Assembly: GCA_038087875.1 (NCBI GenBank)
Contig: JAXLNO010004671.1
Coordinates: 558,001-622,000 of the forward strand
Source of the DNA: Malacoraja senta
Taxonomy: Eukaryota
Direction of reading: 5' to 3'
DNA: 64,000 nt
The notes beneath the pieces are model-generated. The model was given only the letters and a program-made list of their open reading frames with translations, had not been told where the DNA came from and did no database searches. This document shows, one piece after another, positions 22,891 through 36,239 of the stretch (its first letter is position 1; the number at the start of each line of letters is the position of its first letter). The position numbers were made by a program, and so were the translations under genes.

Positions 22891-23076
22891 GTAGACACAA
22901 AATTCTGGAGTAACTCAGCGGGCCAGGCAGCATCTCTGGAGGGAAGGAATGGGTGAAGGTTCGGGTCGACAACCTTCTTCAGACTTTGAAGAAGGGTCTC
23001 GCCCGAAACGTCACTCATTCCTTCTCTCCAGAGATGCTGCCTGACCCGCTGAGGTATTCCAGCATTTTATACCTAC
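22891..23076. repeat. ~186-bp imperfect palindrome made of two Penelope-derived terminal arms, inserted in a CR1 ORF1 remnant
   Basis: gtagacacaaaattctggagtaactcagcggg..cttcttcagac / tgaagaagggtctcgcccgaaacg..ctgaggtattccagcattttatacctac. Single arms also lie at ~29870-29970, ~33985-34070 and ~45215-45325. Confidence 0.75.
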
Positions 23077-23429
23077 CTTCGATTTAAGGCAGCATCTGCA
23101 GTTCTTTCTTACAGCTAAAATGCAGCGCTGCACGGTGTCCTCGAGAGAGATGGGGAACAGCCAGAGGTTGTTATGCAAATTTGCACAAACGCTATAAGTT
23201 GGAGGAGGAATGTTCTGCACCACGATGTTAGGGAATTAGGTAAGAGGCTGAAAAGCAGGACCTCCAGAATAGTTATCTCAGGTTTGCTTCCAGTGTTTCG
23301 TGCGACTGAAGGCAAGAACAGTAAGATAGGCAAAATCAATGTGTGGCCGATGAGTTGGTGCAGGGTGCAGGGATTTAGATATCTGGACTAGTGGAATCTC
23401 TTCTGGGGCAAGGGTGACCTGTACCTGTT

Positions 23430-26275
23430 TATGGCCTACCCCCAATATCAAGTGCTATTATTTTGCAATCTAATCTCTTGTGTGGGACCCTGTCAAAGGC
23501 TTTATGAAAGTCCAGATACAACACATTCACTGGCTCTCCTTAAACATTCTACTTGTTACATTCTCAAAAAATTTGAAACAGTTCTAATAAGCAGACGATT
23601 AGTCAAGCATGCTTTCCCCTTCGTAAATCCATGCTGAATCGGACAGATCCTGTTACTGCTATCCAAATGTGCCGCTATTTCATCTTTTATAATTGACTCC
23701 AACATCTTCCCCACCACCGATGTCAGCCTTACTGGTCTATAATTCCTTGTTTTCATGATGTCGTCAAACTGGAAAGGGTGCCTATAAGATTTCCGAGGAT
23801 GTTGCCAGGACCAGAAGGTCTGAGCTATGGGCAGAGGTTGAGTAGACTGGGACGCTATTCCTTGGAGCGCTAGAGGATAGGAGGTGATCTTAGAGAGCTG
23901 TATAAGATCATGAGAGGAATAGATCGTGTACCTCTTTAAGGTATCTTGCCCATTGTGAGTCGAGAACCAGAGGACATAGGTTTAAGGTTAAAGGGAAAAG
24001 ATGTTTCCAGTTTCTGAGGAGTACCTTTTCAAGATCTGAGGAGTACCCTTTTCACTAAAAGGGTGGTGGATCCATGGAACAAGCTGCCAGAGGAGGTAAT
24101 TCAGACTATGCCAGCATTTAATAAACAGTTAGACATGTACATGGATAGGACAGGTTTGGAGGGATATAGACCAAAATGGGCAGGTGGGACTCGTGTTGCT
24201 GGGACATGTTGGAAGGTGTGAGCAAGATGGGCCGAAGGGTCTGTTACTACACTGTGGCTCTGATTCTAAAGTGTTTCAGCTACAGTCACGGATGTAAGGA
24301 AATGCAATTGTTTCTAATAGAAGTAGGACGATTGAGAGGGAATTTGATTATCGAGATCAATTATGAGAGGTTTTAGCGGGACATAGATTGAACGCTTATA
24401 ATCCGCTGTTTTTTTTGGAATGTGGGTACGGCTTTTACATGGACCCTGATGATACTACAACATTCTACTGCATTAAAAAACCAATCAGATTCAAAGTGAT
24501 TTCGCAAGGATTGAAAAGAATATTAAAATAACTGATTTTAGTCGAAATATAACGATTGTCATTATCCAACCGGATCTGCACTGCTGTGCAACGTCTAAAG
24601 ATTGGAGCCCTACGGGAAACAGAAGCGCAGAACTAATTGGGCGCCTCTGTTAAAGAGCAGGCAATCAAAACAATGTGACGAAATCCTCTCATGGGTGTTG
24701 CACAGTACCTTGGTGCTATTGTGTCGACTTTAAATGCAGCCTCCATGTTGACTTTTAAAACTATATCTTTGCCAATGCTGCTGAGGCTGACAATTCCTCC
24801 GTCCCCTTGTTACATTAAAATAAAGACATCACAGCCACTGCTGGATATTGTTTAACGTACAAATTATTTCGGTTTGAAAATGAATTGCAATTTGTGTCCT
24901 TATACTTCAACCAATTGGGAAAGTATGAACATGAACAAACTGCAGGAGGAACTCAGGGGATCAGGTAGTATATGTGGAGGTAAATTGCCAGATTACGTTT
25001 TGGGTGGGACCAGACTATTTCTTCATTACAAGGGTGCAGACTATTTGATGGAGTTATAGGGAGACATTGTAAGACCACATTTGCGATATGCACAGAGGCC
25101 TGGCTTGCTGCCGATGCGGAATGTATGACAAGAATCAAGGAGGGTGGCAGGGTACCGACAAATTACTGGGTAATTCATGTGAAAGGGGGGTGGGAGGCAT
25201 CCATTGAAAAGGTTAGGGGAAGGACAATTACTCTACAATGCATTATTAGATGTGATCTATTTCAAATCAATAAATTTCGTACAGACCTTCAGCTAGTACG
25301 TGCAATAATGAAAATGATGTTCGGCCAGGCGATACTGAAATTAAGAAGAACGAGAAGAAAAAAACAAGGAAGGCGGTATTGTGGTGGTGGTATTGTTGTT
25401 GGTAAAGACGATTGACAAAAAATGTAGCAGGATCTTGATCGGTTGGGCAGGTAGGCGAAGGAATTGTTGATGGAATTTAATACAGAGAAATATGATCTGT
25501 TTATTTGGAGTTTTACATGGGCAGGAATTACACGGTGATTGGGGAGGCGCCGGGGGTGTTGTAGAGTGTGGGACCGAGGAGTGCAGATACATAATTTCTC
25601 GAAAATGCCGTCTTGGATAGATAAGTTGGTCAAAAAGACCGCCTTATTATGACCTTCATCAGTCAGAGTATTGAGGATACAATTTAGGAGGTCATATTGC
25701 AGTTACACAAGACATTAATGAGGCCACATTTAGAGTATTGTGTTCAGTTTTGGGCATCATGTTATGGGAAAGCCAAGCTGGAAAGGGGGCACGGAAGATT
25801 TACGAGAATGTTGCCAAGAATACAATACCTCGGCTACTGGGAAAGAATGTGCAGGACTCTATACCTTCGATCGCAGGATGATCAGTGGTGATCTTATAAA
25901 ATAATACAAAAAATCATGAGGGGAATAGATCGGGTAAACACACAGAATCTTTTGGCAAGAGTAGTGGGATCGAGTACCAGAGGACAAAGGGTTAAAGTGA
26001 CTTGGGAAAGAGTTAATGGGAACCTGAGGGCTTCTTTTTTTTTACAAAAGGAATGATGGATGCATGTAACGAGATGACGGAGGAGTTAGTTGAGGGTGGT
26101 ACTCCTGCAATGTTTAACAAGCATGTCGACAGGTACATGGATAGGATAAGGTTAGAAGTTGATGGCCAAAACGCAGACAGCTTGGACCATTGTAGGTGGA
26201 CATGGTGGCCAGTGTTGTGAAATTGGCCCGAAGGGCCTGTTTCCAGACTGCATGACTCTATGACTATGCCTCTAT
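23430..26275. mobile_element. Cluster of degraded CR1 fragments (23430-23756 minus; 23756-24280 and 25050-26275 plus)
   Basis: [24 protein letters not shown] on the minus strand; LMRPHLEYCVQFW and 3'-end remnants on the plus strand. Confidence 0.7.
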
Positions 26276-26533
26276 GAGGCTCAATGATGAAGCAGTGGAG
26301 ATGGTCATGTAGAAAATGCTGCCTCCAGAAATGCATGCAGCAAGGCCACTGGGCTAGCATGATCATTGCGCATCAAAAAATCATCTTCCTTTCAGTGCGG
26401 TATGCTTTCTCCCATTTCCGTGATTTGTCCTGAGCCTATTTACGCAGGACCCCATTGGAGCAAATACTGCTTTCGTGTCCCTGTCACTCATCTCTTATCA
26501 AACGTGAAATAACAGTTGCATTCCATTACCTAC

Positions 26534-26599
26534 CGTTCAGATGATTGGGTACTTTCTGTATTACTGCTGTGATGGCTGCATAACTTGGAAGCGTAGGAC
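26534..26599 (-). CDS. NLR linker exon (66 bp): (G)PTLPSYAAITAVIQKVPNHLN
   Basis: Acceptor tttcgtccaaacag|GT, donor AACG|gtaggt, phase 1-1. Open frame that joins the CARD-like exon to the NACHT exon in frame. Confidence 0.8.
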
Positions 26600-26700
26600 C
26601 TGTTTGGACGAAACAGATTGGATCAGATCAGTGGTGCATTATACCAGCAAGGGAGATAATTTAACATTGAACTTAAACTGACAGTGCAATGATACTGTAC

Positions 26701-26872
26701 CATGTTCTTCCACTTCTTTCAATATTCTGTCCAGTTTAGGCACTGCATTACGCATCATTGCGAAGGATTCCCACATCGTTCTTTGGGCCAAAGCACCTTT
26801 CTGCATCACCAGATTCAAGACAATTTTGGAACTTTCTGCTTCGTTCCCCCTGTCTGCCATTTCGGTGATCGT
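26701..26872 (-). CDS. NLR N-terminal CARD-like domain, second half
   Basis: Acceptor cgcttccatccag|ACG (phase 0), donor CATG|gtacag (phase 1). Encodes TITEMADRGNEAESSKIVLNLVMQKGALAQRTMWESFAMMRNAVPKLDRILKEVEEH. Confidence 0.88.
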
Positions 26873-27859
26873 CTGGATGGAAGCGATGATAAATATGTTC
26901 AGAAGCAGAAAAAATCAATCCGATGGAGATTAAAGTGGTCAGTGGGACGAGTATAGCTTATGTTGGTCAGTAGATGGGCAATATCAAGTGTCACCAGATC
27001 TCGAGGTTTTGAAACTGACGGTGTACAAACTGCAACTCGATAGTACACGATATTAAGTTAAGGAGCTTATCATATGTCGTCTTTCGTCTCGCTCCAACAC
27101 TAATAGACTAATTTATGAAGTTGGCTTCAATTATCTGAGTCATAATTTCATCAGGTGTTGATTGTCCGTATCAGTGAGGCCAGAATATGTGTTATTGAAT
27201 AACCATCTGTTAATTAGTGTGTTAAGAGGAAGAACAGACTTTGTAAATATATCTCAGTTCCACCTTGCTTCCTGCATCCATAGATTGGTAGATTCGTAAT
27301 GTCCATAACAGTCGCGCGGCTGGCGATGCAGCTGCGCTGCATCTTTAGTTCCCAGGTCTCCAGATTTTCATCTACATGTTCTCCCTGTAACCTGGTGGGA
27401 TTTCCTCTCCCTGTTAATGAGGATTCATAGGTTGCTGTACCATCTCAAAGTGGAGTTGAGCGGCAAAATCTGGATGAAGTTGATGAGAATGTGGAGTGAA
27501 TAAAACGGGATCAGAATAGTGGAAATGGGTGGGATCTGGACGCAGCGCGCTCGTTGGAACGAAGAAACGGTTTTTGCGCTGTGTGTGCTTGCGTGCGTGC
27601 GTGCGTGCGCGTGTGGTCATAATTAGCTCCCTGATCAGGTGCAAGTGTGTTTCTTTGATGGAATTATTATTAGTCGTATTGATCCTTGGGCTAATCGCAG
27701 CAAGCATTCATCGCCAGGGCATCGACTGCTGCATTTTTCATATTTTTCCCCATCACGGTGCATATGTGTTTTAATCACATATGTTTATCTGACAACACGT
27801 ATAATAACTGGAAATACCTTTATCACATGGGAATTGTCCAAATATCCCTCTCCCTGAAA

Positions 27860-30800
27860 GTAGCTACCAAATTAGTTCGAGTAGTAAATAGGTCTAATGA
27901 TATGCTTGCCTTCATATGCCGAGACATTGAGTATAATGTAATGTAATGACGCAACTTTATCAGATTTTGGTTCGGCCACATTTCAAGTATTGTGCGCAGT
28001 TCAGGGCCATTGCAGGATGGATGTGAAGGCGTTGGATATGGGGCTGAGGAAATTACAAGAATATTACCTGGATTATGGGGCATTAGCATAGGGGGAGATT
28101 ACGCAGATATTGAATTATTCTTTATTTTGTAAACCCAGAGGTTGCAGGGAGACCAGTTAGAAGTGTATACAGTTTTGATAGGTATAGGCAATCGGAGCGT
28201 TTTTCACAGGATATAAAAGTCAACGGCAAAGCTTCAAACTGAGAGGAGCATTTTTTAAAAAGATGTGCGGGGTTTCTTTTTTACAGAGAAGCTGGTTAGT
28301 GTCTGAAATCCCTGCCAGCGGTGGTGATTGAGGTAGATGCGATATTTGGAGCCTTTGGTTAGATCTCTAGACGTGGTGGAATTAAGGGACCTAGACTATG
28401 CGCAGGTAGATACGCGATGGTCTTGGGGATATGTTCGGCACAGACTTTGTGGGTCGTTGGAGGTTCTCTTGGGTTGTACTGTTCTTGTTCTCTGTTAATT
28501 GATGCCAGGTAATGTCGGACCTTATGAAATGTATTTTAGACATTATAGATTTACAATGAATCAGTTGAATATAATATACCATCAATACCTCCCAGATGTT
28601 TTTTGTCAACATTTCTTCTCCACCAGGTGGTAATAAATTCCATCCCGGTTTCTGTGTGTGGAACTCTCATTTGCATGAATACACAACGAAGTGTCCCAAT
28701 GTGTCCCCATAGAAAGTAGCAAACAGTGTATTACATGCACTTTCCAATTGCTGATACATCGCACTTTGTGCTTGCAGATGCATCAGCTTTGTCTTCGCAA
28801 CTAGTTTAATGTATACATTAAAAATACAGGTTTTGACATTTGTAGCACTGCAATCGGGAAAGTGAATATGTTCTCTCGTGTCTGATTTAATGTCTGAAGC
28901 CGTGAACAAACAGGAAGCTTTAATCATGTTATTCTCAATTCTCTGGGAAGGAATCAGTTTGATCGACTTCCACAGCACCTTCTCATATATCGTCTTCGAG
29001 CCGGCAGCACCAGCACGTTTTCAGTTCCTCTTCGCCTGCACCGCGTGTTGAATATTAACTTTGTATTCTGGAAATTTGCCTCTTGTCTTGATGATAAAGT
29101 AAGATTTTCTAACTTCTGAAAAGTTCAACGACCTGAAGTATTAATATGAACTGACCTTTTCACTATTTATAACTTTATCTGTTCACACCAATAAATTCTC
29201 GCCAGATTATGGCGAATTATTAATAGGCGTTTTCTCCTGTTTGCTCGGCTCTCTCAAATATTGAACAAAGGATAGATTGCTATATGATCTTTACGACATC
29301 ATGAGGCACTGGACCATGTGAACACTTGATTATGTGAAGTTATGATGACCGTCGGTTGACTCAATGCACCTGATTGTAACGGCACGTCAGGTTACTGTAT
29401 TTGAATGCGCTGATCTATATATTTTTGTCAATGCACAAGGCAATGATCATAAAAATATTCAGCGATTGGATTTAGAACTTGGGTACTGATAGGAGACAAA
29501 AGGTTGGCGTGGGGACGGGAGATCTGTGACCAGTGGAGCTCTGTAGCTTCTAAAATGTACGTGAGTTGGTTAGTTAGTCTGCAGAAGGCATCAGGATTGC
29601 TGGGATCGCAAGATGTCTGGAAGGCTGTCAAGCAGTACTGCAGGGTACAATTCAGCGACAGAAATGGACGTAAATGGCAGATGTCGCTTAATCCGAGAAA
29701 GTATGATGTGTTGCATGGTTGCATGTCAAACGGAAGGGGAGTATATACAATTAGTGACATGACACTTCACAGCATTGGGGGATCTCGAGTTCCACATCCA
29801 TGAGATAGATAGAGTGGTAAAAATATATACAGTATGGTATGTGTATAAGGGAACCGCAGATGCTGATCTACGCTGAAGATAGACATAAAGTGCTGGAGTA
29901 ACTCAGCAGGTGTGGCATCATCTCTGGAGATAAAAGGATGGGTGACATTTCGGATTGGAACCCTTGTTCAGTGTGAAAGTAGAGGGCAAAAAACTGGAGG
30001 AAGAAAAATGCCCCCAAAAAACCAAGGTCGGCAAGAGATGGCCAAGGGAGGGTGGAGCCCATAATTCCCTATTTAGGCTATGATCGAGATGATCACGAAG
30101 GGATACAAGGGTGCCAACAGTAGAACTAGAAGCACGACTTGGCTGGGAGAGGGAGAGAAGGGGCGAATGCAGCGGTACTTGAAATTAGAGAAATTAACGT
30201 TCATATCGATATGAATACTACCCAAGCGAGATATAAGGTACTGTTCCTTCAATTTGCACGTGGCCTCACTCTGACAGTGGAGGATGCTCAAGCCAGAAAG
30301 GTCAGTATGGGAATGGGGAAGGGCGTTAAAATGTTTGCCAACTTGGAGTTCGCATAGGTTAGACATATGGTATGCTGCTTTCATATGTCGGAAAGGTGGT
30401 TATGCCGTTTCATAGGACTTTGATTAGGCCGCATTTGGGATATTGCCTGCTATTCTGATCGACCCATTACAGTAAATATATGAAGACTCTGTTAAGGGTA
30501 CAGATGAGATTTACCAGAATTATGCCTGGAATAGGGGTTATTAGCTATAATAGGGAGAGGTTGGCGCGGAAGGATTGTCCTCCTAAACTCAGGAGGTTAT
30601 GAGGTACCTGATTGAAGGATATAAAATTATAAGCATAGATATGAAATACAGACAGGACTTTTTTTTCCCCACGATAAAAACATCTAATACTAGAGGACAT
30701 GGCTGCGAGGCAAACTTTTTACACAGCTGTAAATAAAGATAGGTGCTTGGAACACGCTGCTGAGGGTAGTGGTTGAGGCAGAAATGATAATGGCATAAAG

Positions 30801-30860
30801 ATTTTTGGAGGGATATGGATCATATGGAGGGTATTGGAGGGATATGGATCATGACTTCAC
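27860..30860 (+). mobile_element. Old, highly degraded CR1 fragments (~27860-28480, ~29470-29830, ~30370-30860)
   Basis: Recognisable but diverged nucleotide matches to the RT C-terminal and 3' regions of the other CR1 copies. Confidence 0.55.
30050..30355 (-). mobile_element. Penelope-like element remnant (GIY-YIG endonuclease C-terminus)
   Basis: HFNALPHSHTDLSGLSILHCQSEATCKLKEQYLISRLGS..MNVNFSNFK. A related NINFSNLK* end followed by a terminal arm lies at ~45085-45325. Confidence 0.65.
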
Positions 30861-32238
30861 GTGACATTCCGTACAGACTTGTATGTAGAAGTGCATGTTA
30901 TTTTTCTGTGCTGTTTTACGCTCCATGTTCGATGTAATCGCGTTTTGGTTGTAATCAAGCACCATGCTAGCATAATCGTATCCTACCTGGCACACATGTT
31001 CGGGTACTCAAGGAACTGGTATTTTCTTTCTGTAACCATTGTTGCGCAGCGTTTGATTGAAATTATGTATCCTTATCTGCCCTTCAATTCTCTATCCAAT
31101 TACCACAACGCGGCGCTTCTGTGTTTGACACATTATCACGGCAAACACGATGCTCACTGCACCGAGAAGAAATACTGTCCTTCCTCCGTACTCTGTCTTC
31201 CCATCCAATACATATGTACACATTTATACATCTCATTGTCTTTGATGACAAAATAAATGTTTCATCCTCTCCAATAGTAACTCGTACAAGTTCACACCAA
31301 ACGCAGCCCCCTCTTTTCAGCACCATTTCCGGTGCAATCCATTACTTAAAGTGGTCATAAAAGCACTCAGCCCACAATTCTGACAGCCACGATTGGTATA
31401 TTCTTGGCCACGAGTAATTATCAATTGCCTTCCATAATATTCAAACGCCTTATTGACCTCCATTGTCTTTGAATCTAACCTCCTAATTATTAAGATTACC
31501 TTGATATTTCCATGTTATAATCTAATGTCGTTAAATGCAGTTTGCTATGTCTTTGCCGATCTGTTAAATTTTTTTATCTTGCTCAGTTGTAAAGTTGTGT
31601 CCATCATTCTCGTCAGCACGTGAACTCGTTCATTCTTTTCACTTGTCCTCATTTCCGATAACACGCATATCTTCAGCACTATTTCCCAATGTTCATTTAC
31701 ACTTTTTTCTGGGATCTTTGGAGCATGCTTTGAAATCAGAATCCATGTTATCAAAGCACAGGATCTCTTTTCAATTACAGCGAGTAGGGAAGCATCTGCT
31801 GAGTGAAATAGACAAGCCTTTTGGATCGCGACCCTTGTTCAATCGGATGAAATACGATAGAGAATGCTTTAGCCCCTTCTGAATTGTATCCATCTTTTCA
31901 CGCCATTTTTTACCCACCTCTAGTTCTCTTCGCCTGCTTTCTGTCCTCCACTCCATCAATCTAAAGAAGGACCCATGCGCCTGTTCCTGCCCACACATCT
32001 GTTCCCTGATCCGCTGAGATCCTCAAACTTTTTTACGTATGATCCCAGCATCTGCAAGATCCTGTGTCTTCCTTTTATTGCTGCTTTAAATGATTTAACC
32101 CACTTTTCTTTCATCCCCGTAGCGACTACGGAATGGGTTTGAAGGAAGGGCACAATGTGCAGATTCCAGAACATTGTACTGCTTGATGCAGGAAAGAAGG
32201 GCCACACCGTAGCCGGCCAATGTTGTTCAGCAACTCAC

Positions 32239-32396
32239 CTGATGTTCCTGCTCAGTGATGAGTCCTTTGTATATCAAAGATTGGCTGACACCCTTAACTC
32301 CATTCTCCATCGCTTGTGCCAACCTGTTCTGATAATATTTCGTCATGTTGGATATTTTACTGTCGTCGCAACGTCGAAGAATTGGAGAAACCAAAT
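32239..32396 (-). CDS. NLR N-terminal CARD-like domain, first half
   Basis: Acceptor attatatttttacag|AT (phase 1), donor CAG|gtgagt (phase 0). Encodes DLVSPILRRCDDSKISNMTKYYQNRLAQAMENGVKGVSQSLIYKGLITEQEHQ. Confidence 0.88.
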
Positions 32397-34742
32397 CTGT
32401 AAAAATATAATTACGCAATCTATTCAAAATCCTGTAAATAAACCAACATATTTCAATATTTTGCTGCTTCTCTCAAAGGATCCGCCAAAGAGTCTTAAGA
32501 ATATTGAACGTTGTCAGCACTGTAACATAACGATGTTAGTTTGTTCGTGGTAAGGTATTGAAAAAGTCCACCTCCCCCTTTTTGTCTGCCAGTTGTCCTC
32601 TGACATACCATGTAGAATTTCGGGGTTCTCTCTGGCGGGTGCACTTGTGGCGCCTTCGTGCCCACGTTACTTTTGAAGGCGCCACACACTCACTATGGGG
32701 CCTGTTAATGAAGCTTCGGAGATTGTAAAGTAGGGGAATGGGTAATTCAGGGATAGGCGTGCTAATTCTTCTATGTACATTACGGCGCATGACCTGGAAA
32801 TTCAGGGCGAGTTGCGAATGCATCTTCTCCACTTTCTGAAGTTATGGCCCTAGGTTTGCAGCAACGGAATTCCAAGTTAGTCCCAGTGCCGGAACATTAA
32901 AACAAAAATCAGCCCAGCAACATGCATGCGTACTTGAATCGGTTGTCAGACCTGGAGCGTCAACCGGGAGCAGAAAGTCTGTGGATTGTTTGCGGCAAGG
33001 CAACTCCAGGTTAGTAGTAGCGCAGGAACTTTAAAAACCTCGCCCGGGGACATGGCTCTGCACTTGAATTGGCGGTTGGGGCAACAGCGTCAGCCAGGAT
33101 CAGTTCCTCTGTGGTAATTGATTAGCAAAAAAGAAGACAAGGCACATCGGAATGGGCTATTTGGAGCGGCTGTGTTGGGAGAGTAGCTGTGTGAAGGGGA
33201 AGTGCTGTGGGGCGGGCAAGTGCAATGTTAAGGGGAAGCGCTATGTGGACAGTAGGTGCGAGTCTTTGGCTCAAGAGTTTCGGCGAGGAGGCGGAGGCTA
33301 GGCGATATCAGAGGCAGATAGGAAAATAACGTTCATCTGATCTTTTGTACGAGCCGCGTAATTAAACAACTCACTCAGCTGTACTGGCGATGGAAGGTAC
33401 ATTGTTACAATGTTCCTCCTGCACGAAGTTGCAAATCAGGGAAACTACAGGTACACGATGCTTGCACCTGTGGGAATTGTGTGCAGGTACAGCTCCTTAA
33501 CGACCGCGTTGAGGAACTGGAGCAGCAGTTGGATGATTTCAGGACTCTATGGGAAAATGAAAGCTTCCTGAACAGGACATCGTGCAAGGGTGTTACACGG
33601 AGAGTCCAGTAAGAGAGGAAGTGGGTGACCACGAGGAATTGAATTAGACATGGAGTGCAGATATTCTCAGGGAGCGTACCTTCAAAACAGGTACAACTTC
33701 GGGTGCTTTCGGGAAGGACGCCACATTACCGTTGAATAGCAGTAGCAGGCAGGGCAGTGACACCAAACCTGGCAGCGAGGCTCAGCAGGGAAGATCGAAG
33801 CCGGGGACATAGATGAACATTTCTGGACCATAGGGATCTCTTCCGTTGCAGAGGCGATCTGAACAAGGGGTATTGATTGCAGCTTGGAGGGACACAAATA
33901 TCCTGGCAGCCTGGTTTGTTAGTGGTGCAGTTAGGGGTTTAAAAAGGTGTATAGGAAGATACTGCAGATGCTGCTTTAAGCCGAAGATAGACACAAAAAG
34001 CTGGAGTAACTCAGACACCATCTCTGAAGAAGGGAATAGGTGATGCTTCGGGTGGAGACCTTTCTTCAGAATGAAGACGTCTTGGTGGAAGATTGCTTTT
34101 CCGAGACTTAATTTAGTTCAGTTTAGTTTAGTTTTGAATTACTGCGCGGAAACAGGACCTTAGTTCGACCGTGTTCGCACCGACCAGCGATCACCGCACA
34201 TTAACTATCCTACACACACTAGGGAAAATATATGCCTTATGTTCTTAAGCATATAACGGGCTCCATTGGATTGTTGGTTTTCATTATGAAAATCTCTTAT
34301 ACTATATTCCTAACAAGTAACGATTTCCTTTGGTTACTCATCCTCGTCGGACATTTTGTTCTCCACCATGTCAGGTGCTTTTTGTGCATTATTCGGAAAG
34401 ACAAACTCATAATAGTTGTTTAATTCTGCTGAAAATCCTCGACGTCCACGTGACAATCCTCAGCAGCAGACTCTGCAGCAAGGTCTATTCGGGCTGCTTG
34501 AGATAAAGTGATCATGATGGGGACAGTTTAAGCAATGACTCAGAAATAGTCATTGATGTATTGAGTGGAAACAGGCCCTTTGGGCCAATTTACCCACACC
34601 GATCAATACGTCCAATCTACACGTAACCGCCCTGCGTTTAGCCCATATCAACCTATGTCTATCCTATCCATGTACCCATGTCCAAATGTTTCGTAAACCT
34701 TGCGATAGTACTTGCCTTAACTAGCTCCTATGGCAGCTCGTT

Positions 34743-35276
34743 AAGGCAAGGACATTATAGCCATAGAGGGAGTGCAGAGAAGGTTCACCAGACTGATTCG
34801 TGGGATGTCAGGACTTTCATATGAAGAAAGACTGGATAGACTTGGCTTATACTCGCTAGAATTTAGGAGATTGAGAGGGGATCTTATAGAAACGTACACA
34901 ATTCTTATGGGGTTGGACAGGCTAGATGCAGGAAGATTGTTCCCGATGTTGGGGAAGTCCAGGACAAGGGGTCACAGCTTAAGGATAAGGGGGAAATCCT
35001 TTAAGACCGAGATGAGGAAAAACTTTTTCACACAGAGAGTGGTGAATCTCTGGAACTCTCTGCCACAGAGGGTAGTTGAGGCCAGTTCATTGGCTATATT
35101 TAAGAGGGAGTTAGATGTGGCCCTTGTGGCTAAGGGGATCAGGGGGTATGGAGAGAAGGCAGGTACGGGATACTGAGTTGGATGATCAGCCATGATCATA
35201 TTGAATGGCGGTGCAGGCTCGAAGGGCCGAATGGCCTACTCCTGCACCTATTTTCTATGTTTCTATGTTTCTATGT
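34743..35276 (+). mobile_element. Young CR1 3' fragment nested in an older antisense CR1 (host ~34550-34742 and ~35277-35640)
   Basis: Near-identical to the 3' end of 9616-11994. Host ggcagctcgtt resumes as cccatatacctaccacc. Confidence 0.85.
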
Positions 35277-36239
35277 CCCATATACCTACCACCGTATAGA
35301 AAAGTTACCCCTCAGATTCCTATGAAATCTCAGTTTAAACATTTGCACTCTGGTCTTATTTATCTCACAATTATGTACACTTCCATAATAGGAGCTCTCA
35401 TTCACCTGCGCACCAAGGAATAGTGACCCAGCCTGCTCAATCTCGCCCTATACCTCCGGCTCTCAAATACCGGCAAAATCCTCGCAAATGATCTCTCTAC
35501 ACTGTTTTCAGCTTGACTACAACTTTCCACTAACATGGTTCCAAAAACTGAACGCAATAATCAAAATGATTGCCCATGTTAGACTTTGCAAAAATGCAAC
35601 GACTCACTATTTCCTATATTAAATTCCACCGACCATTTCTCAGCCCAACCGATCGAGATCCGCTGCAATAATTGACAACCATCTTCACAATCCACAATTC
35701 AGATTTGTGTTTAATCTGTAAACTTGCTAATATTGCTTTGTATGTTATCATCCAAATCATTGCTGGAGATGATAGACAGCATTGAACCCAACACCGAACG
35801 CTGAGGCACACCATTAGCCACAGGACTCGATGGCGGCAATGGTAGTGTTGCTGTTTTAATGCGCTTACAGCGCCAGAGATCCGGGTTCGATTCTTTCTGC
35901 GCGCGCTGTTTGTATGGTGTATGCAGAATTAGGCCACACAGCCCATCGAATCGAATCCGCAAGTCAATCATGGATTTTTCTTCAAACTCATTCTCCTGCC
36001 TGCTGTACTTAGGCTTTGAAACTTCTTAATCACGAAACTATTAATTTCCATTAAAAAAAAAAGTCCTATGTATTGGCATTGCCAGATCTGCCCGAGGCAA
36101 TGAATGCAATGGATTCACCCTGTGGCTACATACTTTACTCGTTATCTTCTAAATGAACGTCCTTTTATTCTGACGCTATGACTCTCCCATTGCTGGAAAT
36201 ATCCTTTCCACTTCCACTCCATTTAGGCTTTCCATAATC

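Noticed and set aside
23430-24280. Inverted junction of two CR1 fragments at ~23756 suggesting twin priming
   Set aside because: The two pieces look like different subfamilies and no TSD was found; independent insertions are equally likely.
24708-24805. Candidate NLR exon (aag|GGGACGG...CCAAG|gtactg)
   Set aside because: It is phase 1 to 2, which would break the frame between the linker and NACHT exons.
32609-32670. Phase-1 donor (CATG|gtatgt) 212 nt upstream of the CARD exon with frame RGHEGATSAPARENPEILH
   Set aside because: An in-frame TAA precedes it with no ATG or suitable acceptor. The 44.3-kb exon is a better start.
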